From: an uncultured Planctomycetia bacterium | Lineage (GTDB): Bacteria; Omnitrophota; Gorgyraeia; Tantalellales; Tantalellaceae | Length of the DNA: 64,000 nucleotides | NCBI GenBank assembly: GCA_964572255.1 | Contig: CAZNEE010000001.1 | Span: forward strand, 395,587-459,586 | Reading direction: 5' to 3' | In this document: positions 28,106 to 36,931 of the stretch, piece by piece | Numbering within the stretch: position 1 is the first letter of the stretch | Layout: each line of letters opens with the position of its first letter | Position numbers and translations under genes: made by a program | Notes under the pieces: model-generated | What the model saw: only the letters and a program-made list of their open reading frames with translations | Databases searched by the model: none | Told to the model about the DNA's origin: nothing

Positions 28106-29398
28106 ATGGACTGGAAAATAAAAAAAGCTAAGAGGTTGAATGGAGAGCTGACAGTACCTGCGGATAAAAGTATCTCGCATCGCGCTGTCATGTTCGGCTC
28201 CATAGGAAAAGGGAAATGCCGCATTGATAATTTTCTTTCAGGAGAGGACTGCATGCGTACATTCGATGCTTTTCGTGCTATGGGGGTTGATATCGAAAGA
28301 GACGGGGATACCGTCATTGTTAAGGGTAATGGTTTAAAAGGGTTAAAAGCTCCGGAAAAAGATCTTTATTTGGGCAATTCCGGCACGACTATGCGTATAA
28401 TCTCCGGCATTCTTGCGGGACAAGGTTTCGCTACAACTCTTACGGGAGATGAATCGTTATCAAAGCGTCCGATGAAGAGAATAATGGAACCGTTAACTCT
28501 TATGGGGGGAAAAATAGAAGCTTTAGAAGGAGGGGATCATGCGCCTTTAAGAATAGAAGGTACCGGCAGGCCCCTTGCTCCGATCGATCATAAAACTCCT
28601 GTGGCCAGCGCGCAGGTAAAATCCTGCATCCTCGCTGCGGGACTTTACGCTGATGGGGTTACTTCCGTGACAGAACCTTTTCAGTCCAGGGACCATACTG
28701 AAAGGATGCTTGAATATTTTTCAGCTGATATTAAAAGAGAAGGGCTTAAGACAGAGATAAAAGGATTAAAAGAACTTTCGCCTAAAGACGTGAAGATCCC
28801 GGGAGACATTTCCGGCGCGGCGTTCTTTATCGTAGCGTCTCTCATTTTGGGAGGATCAAGTATCATAATACGGAATGTAGGATTAAATTCAACGCGAAGA
28901 GGATTGTTGGATGTTCTGGAGCGCATGGGCGCCGGCATAGAGATCCTTGATGTACATGACGGGCTTGAACCGGCAGGGGACCTGGAAGTAAAAAGTTCTG
29001 CGTTAAAAGGCACAACGGTGGAAGAGGCGGAGGTCCCTCTTCTTATAGATGAGATACCGATACTTGTTATTGCCGCAGCTTTTGCCGGGGGACAAACTGT
29101 CATAAAAGGGATAAAAGAGCTGAAGGTGAAAGAGTCGGACAGGATAAGGGCCATGACAGAGAACCTGAGAGGCATGGGCGTCACTCTGGAAGAAAAAGAA
29201 AATTCCCTTATTATACACGGAGGCGCGGAGGCGCTTGAGGCTTCCGAACTTGATAGTTTTGCGGATCATCGTATCGCGATGAGCATGGCGATCGCGGCGC
29301 TTACCTCAGATGGCGAATGTGTTATCAGGAACACTGCCTGTGTTGATACTTCGTATCCCGCCTTTTTAAGCGATCTGGAAAAGCTTATTGTCCGCTAG
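28106..29398 (+). CDS. aroA: 3-phosphoshikimate 1-carboxyvinyltransferase (EPSP synthase) AroA
   Basis: LGNSGTTMR motif. 430 aa. Confidence 0.9.
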   Translation: MDWKIKKAKRLNGELTVPADKSISHRAVMFGSIGKGKCRIDNFLSGEDCMRTFDAFRAMGVDIERDGDTVIVKGNGLKGLKAPEKDLYLGNSGTTMRIISGILAGQGFATTLTGDESLSKRPMKRIMEPLTLMGGKIEALEGGDHAPLRIEGTGRPLAPIDHKTPVASAQVKSCILAAGLYADGVTSVTEPFQSRDHTERMLEYFSADIKREGLKTEIKGLKELSPKDVKIPGDISGAAFFIVASLILGGSSIIIRNVGLNSTRRGLLDVLERMGAGIEILDVHDGLEPAGDLEVKSSALKGTTVEEAEVPLLIDEIPILVIAAAFAGGQTVIKGIKELKVKESDRIRAMTENLRGMGVTLEEKENSLIIHGGAEALEASELDSFADHRIAMSMAIAALTSDGECVIRNTACVDTSYPAFLSDLEKLIVR

Positions 29399-31325
29399 AA
29401 GAAGGTTCCTCTAAAGGGAGTTCTTCTTCAGGGAGCTCCTCTACAGAAATTTCTTCTGCAGGAATAACGGGAACTTCTCCTACAGGGACAACGGGTTTGC
29501 CTTCCAATTCATTAAGCCGGGTTTGAAGATATCCCGATTTTGGATCGAGAGATATGGCCTTTTCCAAGAGGGTGATCGCTTTTTCCTTATCTCCCATTTT
29601 TAAGTGCACTTCAGCAAGAGTGTCGATAAAAGTAGGAAAGTTGTTTGACAGTTCAACTGCCCGCTCGGCGTATTTTAAAGCAGCATCTAAATTTGTCCCT
29701 TTCTGCGCGTAATCCCAGGCCAGGTTGTTCAGGGAAGCCGGCATATCCGGATTGATGGCGATAGCTTTTTCATAACAGACGATCGCATTATCCCGATCAT
29801 CTTGCTTGCCGTAAACCATTCCCAGGGATTCCCAGGCCCTGTTAAAATCGGGATATGTTGCAGTAAGTTCCACAAGCTCTTTTTTCGCCAGGTCGAGCCG
29901 GGCATTGCGAAAGTAGAGCTGCGCCAGGGTGAGCTTTACCACCTTGTTATTTGGATCTTTATCCAGGAGGTCCTTAAAAAAAGTTATCATCGAGTTTATA
30001 TCTCCGCCCTTAAACCTGACGGGCCCGAAAAGAAAATTCTTAAAATACTGTATTTTTTCTTTGGGATCCGCGCCTTTATCCAGTATTTTTATAAGTTCGG
30101 GTCTTTTTTTCTCAAGATATTCCATCAATCCGCTTTTTAATTCCGAAGCTTTTTCCGGGTTCTCGCCGGCGATATTTTTAAGTTCGTGAGGGTCATTTTC
30201 AAGATCATATAGTTCAGCTTCGGGGAGTTCGATATATTTAAAACCGTCAAGAATCAAGCCCACCACAGGCGCCCAGCCGAAGTTATAATAACCTTCCAGA
30301 GATTCAAGGTAAATAGATCTGGACCGGACTTTTTCTTCCTTTTCTTTCATGAGTTCCAGAAGACTTCCGCCGTCGAATTCTTCATCCGCATAGCTGATAT
30401 TGATAATATCCAGGATCGTGGGGGCAATATCCGGATTTGAAGCAGGGGTCTTGATCTTTTTGGCTTTAAGATCTTCCGGGAACTTTATGATGAGAGGGAC
30501 TCTTACAGTCGCATCATACAGAAATATACCGTGAGTCGGTTCCCCGTGTTCATTTAGACTTTCACCGCTTGTCGCGGTGAATATTATGATAGTGTTGTCG
30601 CTCAGGCCTAATTTCTCTATTCCGTCCAGAAGTTTCGAAACTTCGTCATCTAACAGCAAAATTTGCCTGTCATAAGGAAAATCGTCTTTCGCCTTTTCAA
30701 AAGTTTCAGGCACCTTGTAGGGGAATTGGGGGATAGGGTAGCTTACCCATATAAATGCGGGATCTCCTTTTTCGTTAGATTCCTTAAGTATTTCCAGCAC
30801 GCCATCTGTCAATTTATTCCAGCGTTCGGGAAGTTCTTCCTGGGGGAGATCTTCCATGACACCTTCAAATAGGTCAAATTCCTTATCATATCCAAATCTT
30901 TTCATGAAAGTAGTGTTAAGCATAACCGCGGCTCTGGTATATTCTTTTGTTTTTAAATATTTTCCCAAAGTGTTATAAGAATCATCAAGATCAAAAGCAT
31001 CTCCGCGTTTGGAAATGACCGAACCGCCGTTTTTCCCGCTAAAGATCGTCGCATAACTATAAAAAGGAACGGGGGCGTTGCAGTATACATTTTCAAATAA
31101 AACACCGTTCTCTGCAAGTTTGTCTATGGATCCTGTTTTTACATGCTCATAACCGTAAGAGCTCAAGTGGTCCGGTCGTAAGGAGCCTGCGGTTATCAGG
31201 AGGATGTTCGGTTTATCATATGAGACTCTAACTTTAGAAGGTATCTTTGAGTAGAGGAATACGGCGGCAGAGATGACCGCCACGATCAGAATTATAATAA
31301 AGATAGTTTTTAAAAGTTTGCCCAT
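29385..31325 (-). CDS. Sulfatase-like (alkaline-phosphatase superfamily) membrane-anchored protein with C-terminal TPR repeats
   Basis: N-terminal TM (MGKLLKTIFIIILIVAVISAAVF), then PNILLITAGSLRPDHLSSYGY and LAENGVLFENVY, which resemble the sulfatase N-terminal region. The canonical C/S-x-P-x-R motif is not obvious. The C-terminal ~200 aa are TPR repeats ending in a Pro/Glu-rich tail. The start is placed at ATG 31325 with an AAGGGGGGAG RBS; the ORF-track start at 31478 reads through repeat B. Confidence 0.7.
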   Translation of the reverse strand: MGKLLKTIFIIILIVAVISAAVFLYSKIPSKVRVSYDKPNILLITAGSLRPDHLSSYGYEHVKTGSIDKLAENGVLFENVYCNAPVPFYSYATIFSGKNGGSVISKRGDAFDLDDSYNTLGKYLKTKEYTRAAVMLNTTFMKRFGYDKEFDLFEGVMEDLPQEELPERWNKLTDGVLEILKESNEKGDPAFIWVSYPIPQFPYKVPETFEKAKDDFPYDRQILLLDDEVSKLLDGIEKLGLSDNTIIIFTATSGESLNEHGEPTHGIFLYDATVRVPLIIKFPEDLKAKKIKTPASNPDIAPTILDIINISYADEEFDGGSLLELMKEKEEKVRSRSIYLESLEGYYNFGWAPVVGLILDGFKYIELPEAELYDLENDPHELKNIAGENPEKASELKSGLMEYLEKKRPELIKILDKGADPKEKIQYFKNFLFGPVRFKGGDINSMITFFKDLLDKDPNNKVVKLTLAQLYFRNARLDLAKKELVELTATYPDFNRAWESLGMVYGKQDDRDNAIVCYEKAIAINPDMPASLNNLAWDYAQKGTNLDAALKYAERAVELSNNFPTFIDTLAEVHLKMGDKEKAITLLEKAISLDPKSGYLQTRLNELEGKPVVPVGEVPVIPAEEISVEELPEEELPLEEPSSSGQ

Positions 31326-31411
31326 TTCTCCCCCCTTAATTGTTGATACATTGTGTATACCATAAAAGGCGATGCGAGTCAAATAGTTGATGAGAATCTC
31401 AATATTAAAGT

Positions 31412-31481
31412 GAGTGGTAGGTACCTTTCGTGGGCCCCTCCGCCCGGTGTGGATCCTCCCACTCAAGGCACCTACCACTCG
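31412..31481 (+). repeat. Structured repeat family B, copy 2 (core-sense on plus strand)
   Basis: The identical 27-nt core GGGCCCCTCCGCCCGGTGTGGATCCTCCC. The outer stem is different but still self-complementary: GAGTGGTAGGTACC / GGCACCTACCACTC. Confidence 0.7.
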
Positions 31482-31542
31482 CTTTAATTAAGAAGATCCA
31501 CTGCTCGCTTCGATGGCGGGTGAAAAAGATCATGAAAAAATT

Positions 31543-31572
31543 TGACAATGGAAAATTATATGGCATACTTTA
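31543..31572 (+). promoter_or_regulatory. Candidate sigma70 promoter driving the riboswitch leader
   Basis: TTGACA, a 16-17 nt spacer, then CATACT/ATACTT. Located about 40 bp upstream of the aptamer. Confidence 0.35.
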
Positions 31573-31599
31573 AGAGATAGCAAAGTAAGATTAGAAATG

Positions 31600-31700
31600 T
31601 GTTTTTATTACGAATCGTAAACCATTCGAAAGAGTGGGGCACAAAGCCAGGGGGCGTAAGGCCGGCCGGCTACCGTTTTAACACTGTCGTAAAGTGTTGA
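31600..31700 (+). ncRNA. c-di-GMP-I (GEMM) riboswitch aptamer
   Basis: AAACCATTCGAAAGAGTGGG at 31619-31638 is identical over 20 nt to the P2 hairpin of the Vibrio cholerae Vc2 GEMM-I aptamer. GCACAAAGCC at 31639-31648 is the Vc2 ACGCAAAGCC motif with its first two bases swapped. A GGCGTAAGG tetraloop-receptor-like P3 follows. It sits in a ~200-nt leader. Confidence 0.65.
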
Positions 31701-31728
31701 TTGGGAAAACCCATTCTTTTGGATTTAT

Positions 31729-31760
31729 GTCCCAACCTTACGATAGGTTGGGTTTTTGTT
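31729..31760 (+). terminator. Intrinsic terminator acting as riboswitch expression platform
   Basis: CCCAACC (31731-37), loop TTACGATA, GGTTGGG (31746-52), then TTTTTGTTTATT. It lies immediately 5' of the AGGAGA RBS and ATG of the downstream gene. Confidence 0.6.
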
Positions 31761-31776
31761 TATTAGGAGACTGAAG

Positions 31777-32397
31777 ATGAAAGAAACATGCGATCTTATC
31801 ATTATATTGCTGATGACTATACTGCTCGGGGGTGTTGCGTTCGCGTCCGAAAGTAAACCGGATCTGTACGAGATCACCGGTTACGAAGGAACGCAAGGGA
31901 TCGTTTCATCAGATTATGAAAAGTTAAATACTACAAAAGCGGAAACTGTTTTTCAGATACTGTTGGAAGACGCGGGCTATTGCGACGAAAATATTTTTGG
32001 TATTTACAGTTTTACTGATATTGATGGGATGATAACTGTGGATGTTATGCATCAAATATTCAAAGGGACAGATGCCCCGGGTAGTGAGAAAAACATCTAC
32101 CCCGGGATAAATTCTGAGATAGGGTTTTATCTCACAACACCGCAAGGCTATACGTATTATAGCCATACGTCTTTGAATCCCGATCGAGAGCAGCACATGC
32201 TGCTGTTCTCTTATTCTGATGTCAGCGATTCTGAGAGTTTTGTTGTTGCATGTGAGGACCTGTATGGTTTGGGTGACTGCGATTATAATGATCTTGTTGT
32301 TAAAGCAAGCGACGTACAAGGCAATCCCGAACCGGCTACAATATTATCGTTCTTCCTAGCCGGACTTGGTCTGGCATTTAGAAAAATGAGAAAATAA
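31777..32397 (+). CDS. Secreted PEP-CTERM protein (exosortase substrate), riboswitch-controlled
   Basis: Signal peptide MKETCDLIIILLMTILLGGVAFA. The C-terminal NPEPATILSFFLAGLGLAFRKMRK has PEP followed by a TM helix and a basic cluster. An internal EDLYGLGDCDYNDLVV motif is DUF4114-like. Confidence 0.6.
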   Translation: MKETCDLIIILLMTILLGGVAFASESKPDLYEITGYEGTQGIVSSDYEKLNTTKAETVFQILLEDAGYCDENIFGIYSFTDIDGMITVDVMHQIFKGTDAPGSEKNIYPGINSEIGFYLTTPQGYTYYSHTSLNPDREQHMLLFSYSDVSDSESFVVACEDLYGLGDCDYNDLVVKASDVQGNPEPATILSFFLAGLGLAFRKMRK

Positions 32398-32417
32398 TCA
32401 TTTTTCTCATCACCACT

Positions 32418-32456
32418 AAAAGCCCGCTATGCAAAAGCATAGCGGGCTTTATTATT
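32418..32456 (+). terminator. Rho-independent terminator
   Basis: AAAGCCCGCTATGC-AAAA-GCATAGCGGGCTTT forms a perfect 14-bp stem, followed by ATTATT. Confidence 0.65.
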
Positions 32457-32516
32457 CAGTTGGTTCACAAAAGAAAAAGAAGATTCTTTTCCCCTGAGAA
32501 TTATTAATTATAAACA

Positions 32517-32575
32517 GCCGTTTAAACTATTTCTCGCAGGGACGTCAAAATTTCCCAGCGAGAAACAGTTCAAAC
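32517..32575. repeat. Palindromic repeat family A, copy 2 (extended stem CCGTTTAAACTATTTCTCGC...GCGAGAAACAGTTCAAACGG)
   Basis: It shares the core CTCGCAGGGACGTCAAAAT(T)TCCCAGCGAG with 9113-9160. The stem bases are co-varying. Confidence 0.6.
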
Positions 32576-32624
32576 GGCCGTAATAATGGATAATGTCAAA
32601 TATCTCGCTGATTTTGCTTTTTAA

Positions 32625-32695
32625 AGTGCAGTATGTTTCCGTACAGGGAGGATCCACACCGGGCGGAGGGGCCCTGGTAGGAAATATACTGCACT
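32625..32695 (-). repeat. Structured repeat family B, copy 3 (core on minus strand)
   Basis: Its reverse complement is identical to copy 1 over a 43-nt stretch. The outer stem differs at two base pairs, both with compensatory changes (A-T to G-C, and G-C to A-T). Confidence 0.7.
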
Positions 32696-32750
32696 TCTGA
32701 ATAAACATAAAGTCAGAATTTTTTTTGACATTATGCCTCAACGAATGTTA

Positions 32751-32779
32751 TTGACAAAAAAAACAATATTTGTTACCAT
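32751..32779 (+). promoter_or_regulatory. Candidate sigma70 promoter for the mreB operon (TTGACA, 17-nt spacer, TGtTACCAT)
   Basis: TTGACA at 32751-56 and an extended -10 TGTTACCAT at 32771-79. Confidence 0.4.
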
Positions 32780-32853
32780 TTTTATCGGCTTAATGGCTGT
32801 CTATATAAAAATAATTTTTAAGATAAGTTATTATAGTAAGGGATTGGGGCGTT

Positions 32854-33915
32854 ATGATTCTTAAAAAAGTTTCAAATTGGCTTGAAAATCTTGTAGGCGT
32901 TTTTTCCTCGGATATGGGCATAGATCTCGGCACCGCGTCGACACTTGTCTATATCAAGAACGAAGGCATAGTCCTCTGCGAACCTTCCGTTGTAGCGGTT
33001 GAAGCCGGGACATCCACAGTGCTTGCGGTGGGCGAGGAAGCTAAGCGCATGCTTGGCAGGACCCCGGGAACTATTGTCGCGATAAGACCGATGAGAGACG
33101 GCGTTATCACGGATTTTGAAGTCACCGAAAGCATGCTCAGATATTTCATCAAGAAAGTTCATCACTCCCGCAGTTTTGTCCGCCCCCGGATCGTGGTTGC
33201 GATACCTTCCGGCATCACAGAAGTTGAAAAACGCGCCGTGAAAGATTCAGCTCTTCATGCGGGCGCCAGAGAAGTTTTCATGATCGAGGAACCCGTGGCA
33301 GCTTCCATCGGAGTAGGCCTTCCGATACAGGAACCTTCAGGCAACATGATAATAGATATAGGCGGCGGCACGACAGAAATGGCCGTTATATCACTTGCCG
33401 GCGTGGTATTCTCCAAATCTATCCGCATAGGCGGCGATGAAATGGATGAAGCTATCATGAACTATTTGAAGAGAACTTATAATCTCATGGTGGGAGAGAG
33501 GACGGCCGAGGAAATAAAGATCAGGATCGGTTCCGGTTATCCTATGGAAGAAGAGCTTACCATGGAAGTAAGAGGCCGGGATCTTGTTGCCGGATTGCCG
33601 AAGATGATAACGATAACAAGCGAAGAGGTCCGTGAAGCTCTTGCGGAACCTATTGCGCAGATAATAGAAGCTGTAAGGATAACTCTGGAGAGGACTCCCC
33701 CGGAACTTTCAGCTGATCTGATCGAAAAAGGTTTGATCCTCGCGGGGGGCGGTTCGCTCCTGAGAGGGTTGGATAAACTTATATCAGAAGAGACAGGCCT
33801 TCCGGTCCATCTTGCGGATGACCCTTTAACAGCGGTTGTTTTAGGTACAGGCAAGGTTTTAAGTGAGCTTAAGTACCTGAAGAGGATAACGGTCGGGCCT
33901 AAACTTCACAAATAG
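32854..33915 (+). CDS. mreB: Rod shape-determining actin homolog MreB
   Basis: MreB N-terminus ([17 protein letters not shown]) and actin-fold phosphate motifs. 353 aa. Confidence 0.95.
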   Translation: MILKKVSNWLENLVGVFSSDMGIDLGTASTLVYIKNEGIVLCEPSVVAVEAGTSTVLAVGEEAKRMLGRTPGTIVAIRPMRDGVITDFEVTESMLRYFIKKVHHSRSFVRPRIVVAIPSGITEVEKRAVKDSALHAGAREVFMIEEPVAASIGVGLPIQEPSGNMIIDIGGGTTEMAVISLAGVVFSKSIRIGGDEMDEAIMNYLKRTYNLMVGERTAEEIKIRIGSGYPMEEELTMEVRGRDLVAGLPKMITITSEEVREALAEPIAQIIEAVRITLERTPPELSADLIEKGLILAGGGSLLRGLDKLISEETGLPVHLADDPLTAVVLGTGKVLSELKYLKRITVGPKLHK

Positions 33916-33931
33916 TTTATAGACATTCGAT

Positions 33932-34711
33932 GTGCCTAAAGGAAAATTCCGAAAAAATAAAAGACAAGCACTCATCGTTTTCGCGGCAGCGATCGTTCTA
34001 TTGCTGTTCCTGACCACACCGCTTTTTTCCCATTTTAAAAGATTTTCTCTCAAAGTTTTTTTGTTTCCCGTCAAGGTAATGTCTCAAGTGGGAAAGTATT
34101 TTTCCAGCAAAGATCTTCTGATGGAGGAGAACCAGGCTCTCAGAAAGAGAGTCGCGGACCTTTCGATCGAAATAGTTCGTTCACAGGATCTTAAAAGAGA
34201 GAATGAACGGCTCAGGGGACTTTTAAATTTTCAAAATAAATTCGATTTCGAGACCGTTTCAGCTGAAATAATAGCAAGAAATCCCAACGATTGGTTAGGA
34301 TCGATAGTTATCAACAAAGGGTCAAATGATGGTGTCAGGATAAATTCCGCGGTATGTTCCGCGAACGGCCTTATAGGAAAGATCGTTGATGTTAACAGGG
34401 ACACGAGTTCAGTAATGCTCATGACACATCCCGGTTTTAAAGCGGGGGGGATGATAAAAGATACAAGGGTGAATGCTATCGTGGTAGGCGGCGGCAAGGA
34501 TGCCTTGGAGATGATGTACATACCCCTTGAGGCGGATGTTTATAAAGGTTCGATCGTTGTAACTTCAGGTTACAGCCGTATATTTCCCAAAGGCATAAAG
34601 ATCGGCACGATAGCTTCTGTCGAGAAAAGCAAGACAGGTCTTTATAAGCATGCCGTTATAAAACCCTCCGCGAGTTCTGTTGGCCTGGAAGAAGTTCTTT
34701 GCGTTAAATAA
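33932..34711 (+). CDS. mreC: Rod shape-determining protein MreC
   Basis: Bitopic protein with a coiled coil (LENQALRKRVADL) and a beta-rich C-terminal domain. It follows mreB. Confidence 0.8.
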   Translation: MPKGKFRKNKRQALIVFAAAIVLLLFLTTPLFSHFKRFSLKVFLFPVKVMSQVGKYFSSKDLLMEENQALRKRVADLSIEIVRSQDLKRENERLRGLLNFQNKFDFETVSAEIIARNPNDWLGSIVINKGSNDGVRINSAVCSANGLIGKIVDVNRDTSSVMLMTHPGFKAGGMIKDTRVNAIVVGGGKDALEMMYIPLEADVYKGSIVVTSGYSRIFPKGIKIGTIASVEKSKTGLYKHAVIKPSASSVGLEEVLCVK

Positions 34712-34732
34712 TTTGCTTCGCAATCACTGGAC

Positions 34733-35209
34733 ATGGACACACGAAAATATTTATATTCACTATTGGTCTCTTCCGTTCTTATTCAAGTAACGGCGACGAA
34801 ATATTTCGCCTGCTTTCCGGATCTTATTATTGCCGCTGTAGTGTTCACGGGTATCTTTTACGGCTTGGGCAGGGGATTTGAGCTTGGGCTTGCAGCGGGC
34901 ATTCTTAGAGGCATTTTTTCAGCAGAGACAATATCAGTAGATGTACTTATCCTTCCCGCGGTGGGCATGATCTCAGCGTTGCTTGCGCGCATGGTCTACC
35001 GTCACAATCCCTTTGTGCAGCTGGTAATAACTTTCGTTGCGGTCTTCATGACCGTTCTGTTCCATACAGTTTATCTGAATTTGATATACGGAAATGATCT
35101 TAATTATTTGTCGGTTTTTGCTAAAAGTTGGCGCCCCATTGCGGCAACTGTCTTTTTTTCGCCGTTTCTTTTCGCCTTTCTGAAAAGATCATTAAAAGTA
35201 GAATCGTAG
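34733..35209 (+). CDS. mreD: Rod shape-determining protein MreD
   Basis: 158 aa polytopic membrane protein in the mreD position. Confidence 0.65.
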   Translation: MDTRKYLYSLLVSSVLIQVTATKYFACFPDLIIAAVVFTGIFYGLGRGFELGLAAGILRGIFSAETISVDVLILPAVGMISALLARMVYRHNPFVQLVITFVAVFMTVLFHTVYLNLIYGNDLNYLSVFAKSWRPIAATVFFSPFLFAFLKRSLKVES

Positions 35210-35210
35210 T

Positions 35211-36929
35211 ATGCGGATCAGGATATTCACTCTTATATTGGTTTTTTGCCTGGCATTTTTGCTGGTGGGATTATTCTCTTTTCAAGTGTTACGGCATGAT
35301 AATTACCGTGTTATGTCCGAGGAGAACAGGCTCAAAGTCACGCCTCTTATGGCTCCAAGGGGGAACATCTACGACAGGAACGGCAAGTATCTGGTAAAGA
35401 ACAAGTTAAGTTTTAATCTATGCGCGGTTTACAATCAGATAAAAGACATAGATGCGTTATCCGGTGTTCTGTCTTTGGTGCTTGATACGGATCAGGATAA
35501 GATAAAAGAAAATATAACCAGGGGAAAGAGGAATCCGTACACTCCTTTTTGCATAGCTTCGGATATAGGGGTTGAAAAAGCGATCTATCTGGAAGAGATA
35601 AGCAATGACTATCCCGGTCTTTTCGTTGACGTTTCCGCTAAGCGGGAATATGTAAATGGGGGGAGCGCTTCGGCCGTCATAGGATATCTGGGGCTCATAA
35701 ACCAGCCTGAATTTGAAAGGCTGAAACATTACGGATACAGGATAGATGATCTTGTGGGAAGGGACGGAGTTGAAAAATATTATGATAATTACTTAAGAGG
35801 CGTACACGGAGGTAAACAGGTAGAGGTCGATCATCTCAGCCGGGAATTGAGGGTTTTGGGATACAAGGAACCAATACCCGGCAAGGATATTTACCTGACT
35901 TTGGATGCGGAACTTCAGGAGTATTGCGATCAATTACTGGAAGGAAAAAAAGGCGCTATTATTGTCATGGACTCTAATACGGGCGCGATACTCGCGCTGG
36001 CGAGCGCTCCCGTATATGATCCCGGGGTTTTTATCGATAGAAAACGTTCCGAGGAACTGAAACATATACTCGGGGATGAGGATTATCCGCTTATCAACCG
36101 CGCCATTTCAGGTGCTTATCCGCCCGGTTCCGTGTTCAAGGTTGTTATTGCGTCTGCCGGTCTTGAGCTTAAAAAAATAGATCTCGAAAGTTCGTTCAAT
36201 TGTGACGGTACTTTAGTCCTGGGAAGAAAGGTATTCAGGTGCTGGTATGAAAAAGGGCACGGCGTTCAGACGATAAAAGAAGCCTTAAAAAATTCCTGTA
36301 ATGTGTTTTTTTACCGGCTCGGGCTTCTTCTCGGGGTTGATAACATAGCGGGGTTTTCATCAAAATTCAATTTGGGCGATCCCACGGGGATCGATCTGCC
36401 CGGAGAAAAGGGAGGCGTTCTGCCTTCGCGCAAGTGGAAAAGAAAAAATCTTAACGATAAATGGTATAAGGGAGAGACCGTCAATTATGCCATAGGCCAG
36501 GGATACCTTCTTTGCACGCCGCTTCAGATAGCAAGAGTGATGGCGGTTTTTGCGAATGAAGGCATTCTTTTAAAACCATATGTGGTATCAAAAGTGGGGA
36601 ATATTGACGTGAGGCCGGACGGCGAGACGAATATTGAGATCTCCCGGGAAACTATCGAGATCGTAAGGGACGGCCTTAAGAAAGTCGTGAATGATCCCAG
36701 GGGCACGGGGATGAAAGCAAAGTTGGAAGATGTTGTAGTCGCGGGCAAAACCGGTACGGCGCAGACATCACGGGGTAAAAGCCATGGGTGGTTTGCGGGT
36801 TTCGCGCCTTTTGAGGATTCGAAAATAACGGTTGTAATTTTTGACGAGTATGGAGGAAAGGGAGGATATTACGCCGCGCAGACTGCGGGAAAAGTATTCA
36901 AGAAAGCCAAATCGTTGGAGTTGATATAA
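35211..36929 (+). CDS. mrdA: Penicillin-binding protein 2 (elongasome transpeptidase) MrdA
   Basis: SxxK (GSVFKVVIA), SxN (KNSCNVF) and KTG (GKTGTAQ) motifs. It lies between mreD and rodA. Confidence 0.85.
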   Translation: MRIRIFTLILVFCLAFLLVGLFSFQVLRHDNYRVMSEENRLKVTPLMAPRGNIYDRNGKYLVKNKLSFNLCAVYNQIKDIDALSGVLSLVLDTDQDKIKENITRGKRNPYTPFCIASDIGVEKAIYLEEISNDYPGLFVDVSAKREYVNGGSASAVIGYLGLINQPEFERLKHYGYRIDDLVGRDGVEKYYDNYLRGVHGGKQVEVDHLSRELRVLGYKEPIPGKDIYLTLDAELQEYCDQLLEGKKGAIIVMDSNTGAILALASAPVYDPGVFIDRKRSEELKHILGDEDYPLINRAISGAYPPGSVFKVVIASAGLELKKIDLESSFNCDGTLVLGRKVFRCWYEKGHGVQTIKEALKNSCNVFFYRLGLLLGVDNIAGFSSKFNLGDPTGIDLPGEKGGVLPSRKWKRKNLNDKWYKGETVNYAIGQGYLLCTPLQIARVMAVFANEGILLKPYVVSKVGNIDVRPDGETNIEISRETIEIVRDGLKKVVNDPRGTGMKAKLEDVVVAGKTGTAQTSRGKSHGWFAGFAPFEDSKITVVIFDEYGGKGGYYAAQTAGKVFKKAKSLELI

Positions 36930-36931
36930 AT

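Noticed and set aside
29802-30189. Plus-strand ORFs of 112 and 86 aa inside the sulfatase/TPR gene
   Set aside because: They are antisense to a strongly supported minus-strand gene and show no domain signal.
31326-31478. Longer start for the sulfatase-like gene at 31478
   Set aside because: The extension translates repeat B2. The ATG at 31325 has a strong GGGGGGAG RBS and is immediately followed by a signal/TM helix.
32508-32741. 77-aa minus-strand ORF. A similar ORF at 9021-9245 on the minus strand shares the peptide GNFDVPARNS.
   Set aside because: The shared peptide is simply the translation of repeat family A. These are not genes.
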